Shown here: positions 12,001 to 24,599 of the stretch, one piece after another
How the letters are laid out: the number at the start of each line of letters is the position of its first letter
How positions within the stretch are numbered: position 1 is the stretch's first letter
NCBI GenBank assembly: GCA_964016885.1
Contig: OZ024740.1
Coordinates: 69,006,001-69,070,000, forward strand
DNA length: 64,000 nt
Origin: Eledone cirrhosa
Lineage: Eukaryota
Reading direction: 5' to 3'
Position numbers and translations under genes: made by a program
Notes under the pieces: generated by a model
Databases searched by the model: none
What the model was told of the DNA's origin: nothing
The model's input: the letters and a program-made list of their open reading frames with translations, nothing else

Positions 12001-12553
12001 GATGGAGAGGGTGATCCACTGGCACCTATGCAAAGTAAACAATTTACCACATTCTGAGAAGTGGTATGAACATAAGCCAGAGTCGGTGATAGAAAACGAT
12101 CAGGTGAAGGTGCTGTGGGATTTTAGGATACAGACGGACAAGAAACTGGAACACAATAGACCTGACTTGGTGGTTTTGGATAAGGAAAAAAGATCGTGCC
12201 TGATTGTGGATGTGGCCTGCCCATTCGACACGAGAATGCAAGAGAAGGAGAGGGAGAAAATTAACCGATACCAGGACTTAAAGTGGGAGGTAAAAAGGAT
12301 CTGGAACTGCCATGAAGTCAAAGTGGTCCCGATTGTCATAGGCGCACTAGGTACTATCTCAAAAAGTTTCCAGGGATGGTTAAAAGAAAATTGGCCCCGC
12401 CCCGCGTTTTGGAACGCTTCAAATCGCATGCATGCTGGGAACAGCAAGAACCCTCCGATACGTCTTGAATATCTGAGGCTGCAGGTAGTGGCTTGATATT
12501 CATTTCAACATATTTTCCAGTTAACTAACATCAATGACTGAGACTCAAAGAAC
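9003..12553 (+). mobile_element. near full-length R4/Dong-like non-LTR retrotransposon, family A
   Basis: N-terminal KWTKELNRTVMQCY, RT motifs (KSPGPDG, PITCL, EQKGC, MDDLKL, YKYLGV), CRICGEREETVAHIVSEC, RHD, REL RPDLVV..IVDVACPFD..K, and an (AAT)n tail. Confidence 0.9.
9137..12496 (+). pseudogene. disrupted RT-REL polyprotein of Dong family A
   Basis: colinear ORF pieces 9137-9583, 9631-10065, 10144-10812, 11044-11412 and 11459-12496; a ~50 bp deletion near 10935 removes the QGDSLS motif. Confidence 0.9.
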
Positions 12554-12819
12554 AATAATAATAATAATTTTTTTTTATTGGTCACAAGGACCTACATGTA
12601 GGGGACAATACAAAAGACTGTGACAGTGGGGTTTTACAGAAAAATCGAGAAAACAATATGAATCACAATAACAAATTGACAATAAAATTACAAGAAAAAA
12701 TTTCCCAATAGGGGGGATGACCACCCAGAGTTCGCTCATATACCCCACCAATCCTGAACGACCCGACGCTTCGAGAGGACTCTGGAAGGGTACCCCCTCT
12801 CCTCCTCAAATTTACCTAC

Positions 12820-15800
12820 CTACAGCCGCATGACCAGTGTAAGCCCACTCACACGGGCCATTCTCGTAAAATTCACCAACCTTTCCACAAATGTACTGGG
12901 GGGGGGGGGGGCACCTCTCTCTCCACCCTCACTTTCCTTTCCAAATGAAACTCTGAAAAAGTTGATGAGGGATTGGCCGAAGAGAAAAGTGTCTGTCTTC
13001 AGTCCTTTCAACTTCGTCCACCATACAAACTCTTTCGCTACTGCCACCAGACAGAGGAAAATTGCCTGCCTTCCTGGCCAAAAGAAGGTGGCGGGTCGAT
13101 CTTCACTATGGACTCGGCCGATGGCCGGATCCGTTCTACACGCGACAACAGCTGTTCAACATAACTCCACAAGTCAGTAATGCACGCACACTGGACGAGT
13201 GCGTGCAGAACGGTTTCGTCGCTCTGCGCGCATTTCGGGCAGGTCCGTCTGACATCACTTCAGTGCCTGTAGAGTTTATCTCGAACCGGCAGTGCCCCTC
13301 GGTAGCACTGCCATGCGAGGGATTTTGGAAATTATCCATCGTCGGCGGCTCGAAAGTTCTACACTACAGACTGGTTAGTTCGACTTCGTTGACTCCCAGA
13401 GCCTCTCCGAGTGCGTCGTCGCACTTGCCCACCACTAATCCTCTATAGAACTCGAGAGTGGAAGTTCCACTGACCGCATTGCCCGCCTGGTAGACGGCAG
13501 TGAGTGCCTGGCAACATTCCAGAGGCCAGTCTCCCAGTCTCAGTCTCTTCTTGACCCAGGACTGCAACTCAGTCAAAGAAAAGAGCTGCAGAAAGGCTCG
13601 TCTGACAAACGGCGACCACACCTGTTCACCGTTTAGGCAGAATATCTGGAGATGCCGCAGCCTCAGCGCTTGCCTGTGCATCATTAGCCACAGCATGCCC
13701 AGCCCTCCACGTAGAGGATGCTGGCAGCAGATGGACCGCCTCACCAGCGGAACCTGACCCCTCCACAAGAATTTGAAGAGGAGCCGCTCCAAGATGGCGA
13801 GGCGCGAACGGGGGCAAGGGACGACGGTCAGACGGTATTAGATGACGGACGCGATGTACGCGTTCGCCACGTTCCCCCGACCTTTCAGTGATAGCTTCAT
13901 CCCAGCCCATTTCTGGGTGAGACTGGCTAACCTGCCCATCACCTAGTCCCAATTCTTATCCACCTGGAGGTGTGTCCCGAACCAAAGCTCTAGCAACTTT
14001 ACCGGTCCGTCCGTCCAGTGCCTAACGACGCTATTTGACGGCATGTACTTGCCTCTCCAGGTGTCGAGTTACAAGCCCACCGACTTTTCCGGGTTAAGTT
14101 TTGCTCCTGTCAACCTTTCATATTCCTCCAATAAGTTGCCGACCACCTCGATTTCTGAGGTGTCCGACACCATCACGGTGATGTAGTGCGCAGGAGCCCA
14201 CACAGCCTTTCCGCGTCTCGGTTCGAGCGTGATGCCCTACAACAGCTCCAGCTTCCGCAGTAAAGGCTCGAGAGTCAATACGTAAAGAAGGGAGGAGAGA
14301 GGGCACCCTTGACGGACGGATCTGGAGAACTGAAACGGTTCCGAGAGGTGGCTATTAATTCTGACCATCAAGCAGGTGCCGCTGTGCATTGCAGCGATCC
14401 AAATTCTGAAGACGGCGCCGAAGCCAGCCGCCTTGAGGACAGCCTCCAGGTACCGATGGTCGACCCTATCAAATGCTTTCGATTGATCTAAATTGATCAG
14501 AGCCCCACTGAAGCCAGGTTTACACCCCACCTCCCTCTATGATGTATCGCATTAGGTGGAGGGTGTCGTGTATGGACCTGGTTGAGATTGCGCAAGTTTG
14601 CGCCTCCCCAACCAAATCCCCGACGACAAGCGCCAACCTCTTCGCTAACACCCTGGCCAAAATCTTAAACTCTTTGTTGAGCAGAGTTATGGGCCTGAAA
14701 TTGTCTAATGTGTCCCTCTTGTTCTCGTCTTTCCTTATCAGCGTCACTACGCCCCGGCTCACAGAACTGGGAATACTCCCGTTTTGCTGTCAGTTGCAGT
14801 AGAGGGCTTCGAGGAGATTGGAGAACAAGTCTGGCATATTTACGTAAAGCTCGTAGGGCAGACCATCCAAACCGGGTGACTTGCGCCTCATGCAGCCCAC
14901 AAGGGCAACCTGAATCTCGGCTGAATTAATTAGCCTTTCGCAGCGCCCAGCGTCAGCCGTCGAGAGTTGCGGCAAGCCATCGAGGTAGGGACTGAAGTCT
15001 GCCACCATCTCCGACCCGCCACTTCCCCCGAACAACCGAGCGAAATGTTGGCGAAAGGCCCCACTCATCCGCTTGGAATCGCTCAGCTCATGTCCGTCTC
15101 GGTCCGTCAAAGACCGAATCGTGGTTTTATTACCACGCTGTGCCCCTGCCACGCTGGCCCATCGAACAACTTTGGTTCCCTCGTTTCTCAGAGCACGCGC
15201 CTTTGCTCTGACAATGCAATCTTCGTGTTTCGCATTGAAGAAATGGTATAATGCCATTCTCGCCGCTAGCACGTCAGTTGCAATGGCACTACCAATAGCC
15301 TCGTCTAACTTATCTACCAACTTCCCCTCCTTTCCATTTTTCTCTAACGCTAACTCTTTGCTAAACTCTATCGACATTAGTCTAATCTCTCTTTTGAGAA
15401 CCCACCACCATCTATTGTTGACGACGCCCCCTATCAACTTTTTCTTAACGAAATTGTTGACCTGGTCTCTGTAAGCCTTATGTGCCGGAAATCACATGTT
15501 TAGCTTCCAGTAACCAGGTCCTAACCTACGTGTCTTATCTAGGTCGACCATACAGATCACAAACTTGTGATCTGAATAGGCGACCGTTTCAAAACGTGGA
15601 CAGCTTACACTATTTCTGTCTATTTTCCTAATGAATATCCTGTCTATATACGATCTAGATGACCTAGCGGTTAGTCTAGGTCCACACTGCCGCTTTAGGG
15701 AAATCTAGTCGGTACCTGTCAGACAGTTGGAACTGGCTGATCAGGTTCTTGAGGCTTTTGCACCCTCCGCTCCTATCGGATACTCCCACACAATCCCAGC

Positions 15801-16249
15801 GTACGTCTAAGATGCCGTTCCAGTCCCCCGCTAACAGTAAAGGGCGAGACGTGCCCAGAAAGTCTTCCAGGCGTCTAAAGAAGTCCGGCCGTCCTGCCCC
15901 AGTAGGAGCATAGACGGCCACCAGTCTAAAGGCACCACCTTCGTTATTGCTTACGTCCAGGACCACCAACTTCCCGTCCGGTTCCCGGAAAATCGACCTT
16001 ACGTCGAGATCCAGGCCTTTTCTAAACAGCATTTCCACCCCGCCTCCCATTCCTGGCCGGCTAACAGATGCAAATATCTGATAGTCGTCGAAAATGGGGG
16101 CTAGTGCGCGCGTGTCGGAAATCCTGGTCTCGCTGACTGCAATTACATCCATTTCTAGAGACCTCAGGTCGTTGAGTAAGTAGGTGACCCTGCTTCCAGG
16201 ACGATACCAGGCTTCGAACATTTAAACATCTTACTCTTAATACGGCCAT
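12820..16249 (-). pseudogene. Tx1-A ORF2 (APE endonuclease, RT, CCHC), disrupted
   Basis: MAVLRVRCLNVRSL, SETR, VYAP, GDWN, KSPGLDGLPYE, NFRPITLLN, DQSKAFDRV, VRQGCPLS; multiple frameshifts. Confidence 0.9.
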
Positions 16250-16281
16250 GTTGGCAGGTTAAAAAGAGAGAGAGGAAAGGT

Positions 16282-18260
16282 TTACATACCTTCCGGGCTC
16301 TTGTGATGGTCGGGTTGTTTGACCTCCATAGTTGGTGGGGTTTCTTTTGGGAACCCCTTTAAAAGTCTTGAAGTGGGTTTTACGTTCGGGGTTCCCACGT
16401 CCCGAGGAAAGCTGTCTCGTATTTCTTTGTATAATTCGATCGACATTTGCAACAGAACCAAATCTCCGGCACGTGAAATGTGCTCGATTTAAAAATGTCC
16501 CCCTCTTTTTCTATATTTTCACTTCGTGCTGCGAGGGTCATCAGTTCCTTGTTGGCCCTCCTGACGAGCACGAAGTTTTTTATGTTTTGTTGGTATGATT
16601 TTATTTGTTTGCGTGGCTGTGGTGGTGATGGTTTTGGTGGTGTTATTTCGGCTGTATCTGTGTTTGTTGTGAGTGCGGTGTCTGTGGTTTCAGATGTTTG
16701 TGTGTATATTTGTTCTTGCCTCTGTTTCGGTTGTTTGCGTTTGGAGGCTTCTGGTGATGGTGATGGTGGTGTTGATGTTGGTGTTATTGGAGAGATGTTT
16801 GCGTGGGTGGTGTCTGCGTTTTTTATTGTGGCTGATTTCGTGCTTTGTTGAATTTTTTTTTCTTTTTGTGTTTTCTTTTTTTTATTTTGGGGGATTTTGG
16901 TTTTCCCTCATCTTTACTACTGGTAGATGAGGGATCTGTGTCTGTAAGTGTGTCTGTATGTCTGTTTATGATTTTATTGGTGTTTGTATTTTTGGGGGGA
17001 GTGGGAATTTGACAGCTTTCCTAGTTTCCCGCCTGGGTGGTCAATGTTGGTTGTGGTCTTTCTATTGGTGTTGTTGTTGGTGGTTTTGCCGGTGCTGGTG
17101 TTGGTTGTGGTCCTCGCCCCGGCATCGGCAGCAGTGGAGCCTTTCGACCCCTTGCCTCTTTCAGCAGTTGAGGGCAGAAGGCTCGCAAATGGGTTTTTTC
17201 TCACAAACAAAACACTGCGGTCTTTTGCCTTCGGTCATAATGTGAATGACCGTCCCATTCTGAAGGTGGATATGGTCAGAGATTGTCTTCACACTCTCGG
17301 GCCTGATCTGGAGATGGATTTCCAGGTCAACCCCGGACTAGTACTCTCTGGCCGTTCTGGTCACTTCTATAGGGACGGTATCCATCTCCTCCACAATCAC
17401 ACATTCCAGAAGCCACCACATATCAAGTCCTGGCGGGATTCTGGGAATGCGGAGACGGGCCGTTCTTTTTCCCATGTGGGTGGGGTACATTACGACCTTG
17501 CTGGTTTTGCAAGGAGTCATAGCGTGTTTCATAGCGAGGGCTTCTGACTTGAACACCACCGAATTGGTGCCGTACTGTCTGCCCCTCTCTATGTATTTGG
17601 TGTCTTCTCTGATGCACCTCAGCGCGACTGCGACATCTCTTGTGGTATTAAAGCTGCCCTTTTGGTTTGTGCTGAGATGCATCTATAATGCACCGTTCTG
17701 CGCTCTACTGCCTCAATAGCTTCTACCGGGACAGTTAAGTTGGCCCAGGTTTGCTCTTGCTTGATGAGCTTCCATGCCTGGGCCAACTTTTCATCTTTGT
17801 TTGAGGGGTCCATGTTGAAGCATAGCCTCTTTTTTCCTGCTGCCGCAGCGAAAGTGTTCTTCATGTTTTCGTTGGGGGTGTTTTTGTCGTTGTCATTGTT
17901 CTTGTTGGTGTTGTTGTTATCACTGTCGCTGTTATCATTGTTGTCTTTGTTGCCGTTGTTCTCGGTGCAGTTGGTATTGTTGCTGTTGCTGTTGTCGCTA
18001 TTTGTTTTCATGTTAGTGGTGTTGATATTGTTGTTGCATTTGTTATTTTTTTTTGTTATATCTCTATTTTCGTCGTCGCTGTTACTGTCATTATTTTCAA
18101 AATTAGAGTTCTCATTGGTATCATTGGTGTCTTTGTTTACATTGTTTGTGGTGGTGTTTGTGTTATCAATTTGTGTTAATTTCACTGTAGCGCTACTCTC
18201 AACTTCTACATCGTTGTGGCACGACAGCAGACGTATAGCTGATGGGCGTGGGTCAGCCAT
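16282..18260 (-). pseudogene. Tx1-A ORF1 (Asn-rich N-terminus, RRM-like region, CX2CX4HX4C knuckle), disrupted
   Basis: MADPRPS start at 18260; RGRQYGTNSVVF; CFVC..HLRAFCP near 17175-17215. Exact stop position uncertain. Confidence 0.75.
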
Positions 18261-18467
18261 GTTTTTTTTTCGCTGTAAATGTTTTAACATGTAAAAAAAA
18301 AGTTCAAATATTTGGGCCAAAAGGTCCAAATATTATACTTTCCCCTTATCAGGGCAAAGTCTAAGGGCTTATATCCCTTACACAACAAGAAATATTTAAC
18401 AACAAATAATTTTAACAGGCAAATAAAGCGACTTACTGGGAGCGAGGAAAATACATCCGATTAGACC

Positions 18468-18496
<29 letters not shown>

Positions 18497-18498
<2 letters not shown>

Positions 18499-18625
18499 TT
18501 TTCTTTATTAACCACAAGGGTTTACATAAAGTAGACATTAAGGACAGTACAGGACAATACAGGACGGTACAATGGGCATTTCTGCGTGTAAAAAAAACAG
18601 AGGTTGAAATAAAATAACAAAGAAA
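18497..18625 (-). mobile_element. Tx1-B 3' UTR-only fragment inside (AAT)n
   Basis: matches 29165-29300 and the reverse complement of ~45200-45329. Confidence 0.85.
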
Positions 18626-18650
18626 AATAATAATAATAATAATAATAATA

Positions 18651-18995
18651 ACACATATACGCGACTAACCCCATAGATTCACTGAACGGACATCAGTAAC
18701 GACAGCGCCGCCCATCCATCATTACTACCACTATCCCATCACCGCCTCCACCACTCCTTCATTGCTACCACCGCTACAACACCATCACTACAGTAATACG
18801 ATCACATCACCACCACCACTGCCTCAGTATCGACATCACCACCACCACAGTCTCAGTATCGCTACCGCCGCTATTCTCTCCCATTGCTTCCTGCTAGTTG
18901 CTGGCACCACATTATAGAATTCCTACTAAAAAAGAGGAACGCATCAAAATATATAGATAGACTCAAAAGAAAAGAGAAAAAACAAACATCAAAAC
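18651..18995 (+). repeat. ACC-rich spacer copy
   Basis: shares tacgatcacatcaccacc..cactgcctca.tatcg...gctattctctccca with 8570-8780; left part matches 24200-24380. Confidence 0.7.
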
Positions 18996-21900
18996 GTAGC
19001 GGGTGTTGACAGCAGATGGACCGCCTGAACATCGGAGCGCGTCACTTCCACAAAAAGCGAAAGAGCAAACGCTCCAGCGCAGTCAGGCGGGGCTTAGGAC
19101 AAGGTACGACGGTCAGGCGGTAGTAGATGACGGACGCGATGTATGCGTTAGCCACCTCCACTCGACCTTTCAGGGATAGCTTCCTCTCGGCCCAATTCTG
19201 GGTGAGAGAAGCCACCCTGCTCGTCACCTCGTCCCAGTTTTTGTCCGTCTGGAGGTCTGGACCGAACCAGACCCCTAGCAATTTAACCGGTCCGTCCGTC
19301 CAGCGCCCGACGACGCTGTTGGACGGCATGGACCTGCCTCTCCAGGTGCCGAGCTGCAGGCCCACTGACTTTTCCTGGTTGATCATTGCTCCTGTCACCG
19401 CTTCGTATTCTCTTAGTGTAGTGCCGATCGCCTCGATGTGTTTGACGTTAGACACCACTACGGTAACGCGTCCGAATATGCTGACACGGATCTTCCGCAT
19501 CCTAGTTCGCGCGGGACTCCCATCAACGTCTCCAGTTTTTGCAGTAATGGCTCGAGAGTCAATACGTACAAGAGGGACGAGAGGGGACATCCTTGGCGGA
19601 CCGAGCGCATGATGTTGAACAGTTCAGAAGGGTGACCGTTCACTCTCACCACAGAGCAGATGTCGCTGTGCATGGCAGCGATCCAGCCTCTGAAGACGGG
19701 CCCAAAGCCAGCCGCACTCAGGACTGCCGCTAGGTAACGATAGTCGACCCTATCGAAAGGTTTCGACTGATCTAAATTGATCAAGGACCCACCCGTGCCA
19801 GGTTCTCTAGCTACCCTCTCTACGGTGTATCACATGAGGTGGAGGTTGTCGTGGATGGATCTGTCGGTAATGGCGCATGTCTGCGCCTCTCCTACCAGAC
19901 CACCAACGAGAAGCCCCAACCTCTTTGCTAGCACCTTGGCCAAAATCTTGAACTCTGTGTTTAGCAGCGTTATGGGCCTAAAATTATCTATGTTGTCCCC
20001 CTTGTTCGGATCCTTTCTCAGCAGCGCCACAGCTCCTCGGCTCACAGAGCTGGGAATTCTCCCGTTCTGTTGCCAGTTGCAGTAGACGTCCGCCAAGAGG
20101 CCTCCGAACAAGTCTGGCATTTTCACGTAAAGTTCATAGGGCAGGCATCCAACCAGGCGATTTACCCCTTGTGCAGCCAGTCATTGCCTCCCGTATTTCA
20201 GTGGCTGTTATCGGCTTTTCGCAACACTCAGCCTCAGTGGCCGAGAGCCGCGGCAGTCCGTCGAGGTAGACACTACAGTCCATCCGTCGATCCGGCCCGC
20301 CACTGCCCCCGAACAGTTGAGCGAAGTGTAGCTGAAAAGCTTCACACATTTGCCCGGGATCGAGTAGCATGCGCCCGTCGTGCTCCACCAAAGACCGGAT
20401 CGTGGCTTTGTTGCCACGACTCGCCTCCGCCACTCGGGCCCATTGAACGGCTTTCGTCCCCTCGTGTCTGAGAGCACGTATCACATCTCTGACAACGCAT
20501 GCTTCGTGTTGCATTGAAGAATTGGTCAAGGGCCAATTTCGTCTAGTTTTCTAACTAATTCTCCCTCTGCTCTATTTTTCTCTATTGCTAAAGCCTTACT
20601 AAACCTAATGGAATCTATTCTAATTGCTCTTTTCAGAGCAAACCACCACTTGTTATTGACGATGGACCCCGTCAACGCCCGCTTAAGTAGTTCGCTAATC
20701 CGGTCTCTGTAGGCCTTGCGCGCTGGTAACGACGCGTTTAGCTTCCAGTAGCCGGGTCCTCGTCTATGAAGCCTATCTAAGTCAAGCACACAGATCACGA
20801 ATGTGTGGTCCGTGTAGCTGACTATCTTGAATTGTGGACCGCCTATGCTAGACCTGTCTATTTCCCTACAAAATACTTTATCTAGATATGATCTGGATGA
20901 CCTTATGCGATTTGTCCAAGTCCACATTCGTTCATTTGGGAAATCCAATCGGTACCTGTCAGACGGTTCAAAACGCCTGAGCAGGTTGGTGAGACTCTTG
21001 CACCCTCCTTCCCTATCCACTAATCCCACACAGTCCCAGCGTGCATCTAAGATCCCGTTCCAGTCGCCCACTAACACTAAAGAGCGGGACGTTCCAAGAA
21101 AGGTCTCTAGACGCCGGAAGAAATCAGGCCGCCCTGCTCCTGTAGGGGCATAGACGGACACTAACCTGAAACCTTGCCCATCTCCGCTGGTCACGTCCAG
21201 CACCACCAACTTACATTCTGGGTCCAGGAAGATGGCCCGTATGGCAAGATCCAAACCTATCCGAAAAAGCACAGCAAATCCTCCCCCGATCCCGGACGGC
21301 TGGGAGATGCGTAACCGCCGAAGATCGGTGCGAAGGCCCGTGCTTCGGAGATTCTGGTCTCGCTGATGGCCACTACATAAATGTTTAGTGACCTGAGGTC
21401 GTAGAGCAGGTGGCCCTGCTTCCATGACGACCCCGAGCAACGCGCATTTATGCTGCCTATTCTGAGTGAGGTCATGTTGAAAAGGAGTGGAAAAGATGGG
21501 AAAGACCACTTACCTAACTTCTCGTAGAGGAAGGACGGTTTTTCCATCCTTTTCACTGCTTGTGGCCTCCTCAGGAAGGATGTCCTTATAAATCCTCCTG
21601 GAGAGTGCTTGTCGGAAGTATCCGATGTCTTTGGGGAATTTTTGTTTTAGTGTCATGTACTTTTTCTGTGTGATGCGAGTGATTTGTATGTGTGGAGGTG
21701 GTGTGAATTTTGGGGTTGTTGTGTAGTCTTTTTCTGTGATGCTGGTGTTGTGTTGGATGTAGTGTAATAATTGCTTGTTGTTCAAATTTAATTGTTTCTA
21801 CTTTTGGCACAAGGCCAGCAATTACCCAGTGTATTACTGGTACTTTATCTTATTGACCCCATAAGGATGAAAGGCAAAGTTAACCTCGGCAGGATTTGAA

Positions 21901-23921
21901 CTCAGAATGGCAAGGGCCGTAAATCTATGCGTCAAAGCATGTCGTCCGACCCCCTACCGATACTGCCAATCCACCGCTTGTTGTTCAAATTTAATGCTGT
22001 GTAGTGTGTATCGATTTGGTTGTTTTGTTTTGTTTGCGTTCGTTGTAGGTTTTTTCCTGTTTCGCATTTTGGTGACTTTTGTGGTGTAGGTGATGGTGGT
22101 GTTGGGGTTAATGGTGGTGTTGGTGTTGGTGTTGGTGTTTGGGGTGATGGGGTTGGTGATGCTGGTGTGGATGGTGGCATATATGTCCTAACTTTTTTGT
22201 TTGTTAATGTATTTGTTTCCCTCTGTATTTTGTTTTTGGAGGGGGAAGGAATATCATTTTTTCTTTGTTGGTTTCTTTTTTTTTTCCTGATACCGTTTCC
22301 CACTCCTCGTCGTCACAATCTGTCTCCAGTTGTGATACGCCGGGGAGTAGAAAATCCTCTACAGGCGTTAGTTTTGGTTGTGGTGTGGTGGATGGTGTAG
22401 GCGCTGGTGGTAGTTCTGAAGCGTTGGGTGGTGGTGGTGTTGGTTTCGGTGGTGGTGGTGTTGGTGGTTTTGCAACTGTTGCTGGGGTTGTTGCTGTTAT
22501 AGTTGCTTCTGTTGTTGCTGCTACAGTTGTTGCTGCCATCTCTGCTACTGGTGGTGTTGATGGTTGAGTCACTGGGGTGGGTAGGAGAGGTGGCCTCAAC
22601 CTTTTAGCCTGAGGGCAGAAAGCCCTTAGGTGGGTTCCTTCACCACAAACGACACACCTAGGCCTTCTGCCTTCGACAATACGGTGAGGTGGCTGCCGTC
22701 AGTGAGGTCTATTACCTCTGGGATCTCCTCAATGCTTTTTTGGTCCGCTTGGATCAGGAGCTCCATCCCAGATCCGGACCAGGTCTCCTGCTTTTCTTTT
22801 GATATTGCTATTATCTTTGTGTTGGCTTCGTGCCGACGAGGACGGCCGCTATTAGCCAGGGAATTTTGATGGCCGGTGGAACGTGGGTCACCCTGAATTT
22901 ACGAGTGTCTGGCCACAATAGCTTGGGACGAGTGTGAAGTCGTCACTTCTTAATGGGGCCATGGAGTGTTCTCTAACCTCCTCTGGTGTTTCAAAGAACA
23001 CGTCCACGGTTCCATACTTCTGCCCACGTCTGATGTGGGCTTTTCTTGCCCACACATGTCCCAAAGCTTTTTGGATTTGGGACTCGGATTCCCGTTCCAC
23101 TCTGCGCGATTTTACATTAATTGTTCGATACGACACGATGCATAGGCGCCGATGCTCCATTTTATTAGGTGTGGGGGGGGGAGGGCTGACCCTGTACCCA
23201 TCTTCCTTTACCATTTTTTTGGTATTTTCTAATTCCTCCTGAGCTACCGTAAATGCTTCGCACTGTTTTGCTACTCTGGCAAAACACAGGGTGGTTTTTT
23301 TAATGTCATTGTTGCTGTTGTTGTTATCGTTATTTTTGTTATTATTAATTTTAGTTTCAGTTGTGGTGGTGGTGACATCAGTCGTGTTTGGTGGGGAAGA
23401 GTCCATTTTGCTTGATTTCGACATCACGAGTTAATTTATTTTTTTCTTCTTTTGTTTCTGTTGTCGCGGTGGATGTGGGGTGGTGGTTGTCGCGGTGGTG
23501 GTGGTGGTGGTGGTGGTGGAGGCTTTAACACCTGCAGTCATTGGTAATGGCGGGAAATGAATGTCTGCCTGAGACAAATTTAAAATATTGCTACTGCTTA
23601 TATTTTTTTTAGTGTTGGCAAACGTAGTAACATTTACAATGGTGGTGTCGGTATGAGGTGTTAATTTGTGAGGAAGGCTTTCAGCTGCTTGGTGCAGAGG
23701 TGAATTAGCCATTTTTTTTCAAAGAAATTTTTTGATAATCATAAAAGTTTAAATTTTGGGCACAAGGCCCCAATCTTTTTGGGTGTCCTTTTCGGAAAAC
23801 AATGTATGTGCGCTTATATATAGTTAACAATAAAAATTCTCCATAAATGGCAATTTTTAACAAATGGAAATAACAAACATTTGCGGAGCCTACGATGATA
23901 CGATTTACTACGTAGGTCGCC
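18995..23921 (-). mobile_element. Tx1 family B copy with intact 5' end, 3'-deleted, SINE inserted in ORF1
   Basis: 5' end GGCGACC directly after (TTA)n; ORF1 starts at 23712; ORF2 MTSLRIGSINAR from ~21475; APE and RT motifs. Confidence 0.9.
21793..21977 (-). mobile_element. tRNA-derived SINE with ~18-bp TSD inserted in Tx1-B ORF1
   Basis: TSD ttgttgttcaaatttaat at 21775-21792 and 21978-21995; the empty site is visible in the paralog at ~32589-32606. Confidence 0.9.
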
Positions 23922-24002
23922 AATAATAATAATAATAATAAGATAAGGAATGAAGACGCACGTGGTGGATAGAAGGTCATGAAATCGCTCCCGCAAAATG
24001 AC

Positions 24003-24117
24003 AGCAATTATCCAGTACATTACTGGTACTTTATTTTATCGACCCCGTAAGGATGAAAGGCAAAGTTAACCTCGGCGGGATTTTAACTCAGACTGTAAAG
24101 GGACGTAACTATGCGTA
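24003..24117 (-). mobile_element. partial SINE
   Basis: core actggtactttattttatcgaccccg..ggatgaaaggcaaag. Confidence 0.85.
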
Positions 24118-24184
24118 ATAATAATTACTATTATTGTATCTCAAATTTTCTCAAAATGTTTAATTCAAATATTAAGAAAATATG

Positions 24185-24545
24185 TCGACACATATATTAA
24201 ACATACGCGACAAACCGCATAGATACACAGATCAAACAAACGCATACTACTAGAGTCAATTCAACAAAACTGAGTAACGACAACAGCATCACTATAGTCA
24301 CCGCCGCAACCACTCCATCCATCGTTGCTACCACTATCCCATCACCGCCGCCACCACTCCTTCATTGCTACCACCACTATTCCCCAATTACCTTCTGTTA
24401 ACTTAAGAAAGGTGAAGGTGGCGGTATCACTAGACAAGGGAGAGGCTAGCAAATGATATAAATAGATTGACTTCGTGACTCGGTCAATAGAAAATGCCCC
24501 AGCACCACCACCGACATAGCCAACAACCATAACAGGCAACTTCAG
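24185..24545 (+). repeat. ACC-rich spacer copy upstream of Dong family B
   Basis: ccatccatc.tt.ctaccactatcccatcaccgcc.ccaccactccttcattgctaccacc shared with ~18710-18772; aaatagattga..tgac.cggtcaa shared with ~8773-8800. Confidence 0.7.
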
Positions 24546-24599
24546 CAAAAAGTATACTATATTATTAATAATTTCATTATTAAGCCACGCAATGCTCAC

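Larger units (their letters stand above)
12569..18467 (-). mobile_element. full-length Tx1/L1-clade retrotransposon, family A, with (AAT)n on both flanks
   Basis: 5' UTR from 18467, ORF1, ORF2 (APE-RT-CCHC), 3' UTR with AATAAA and a short polyA. Confidence 0.9.

Noticed and set aside
17740-18294. Hydrophobic membrane-protein-like ORFs (also 16984-17547, 22020-22567, 39898-40212)
   Set aside because: Antisense shadows of Asn/Thr/Pro-rich Tx1 ORF1.
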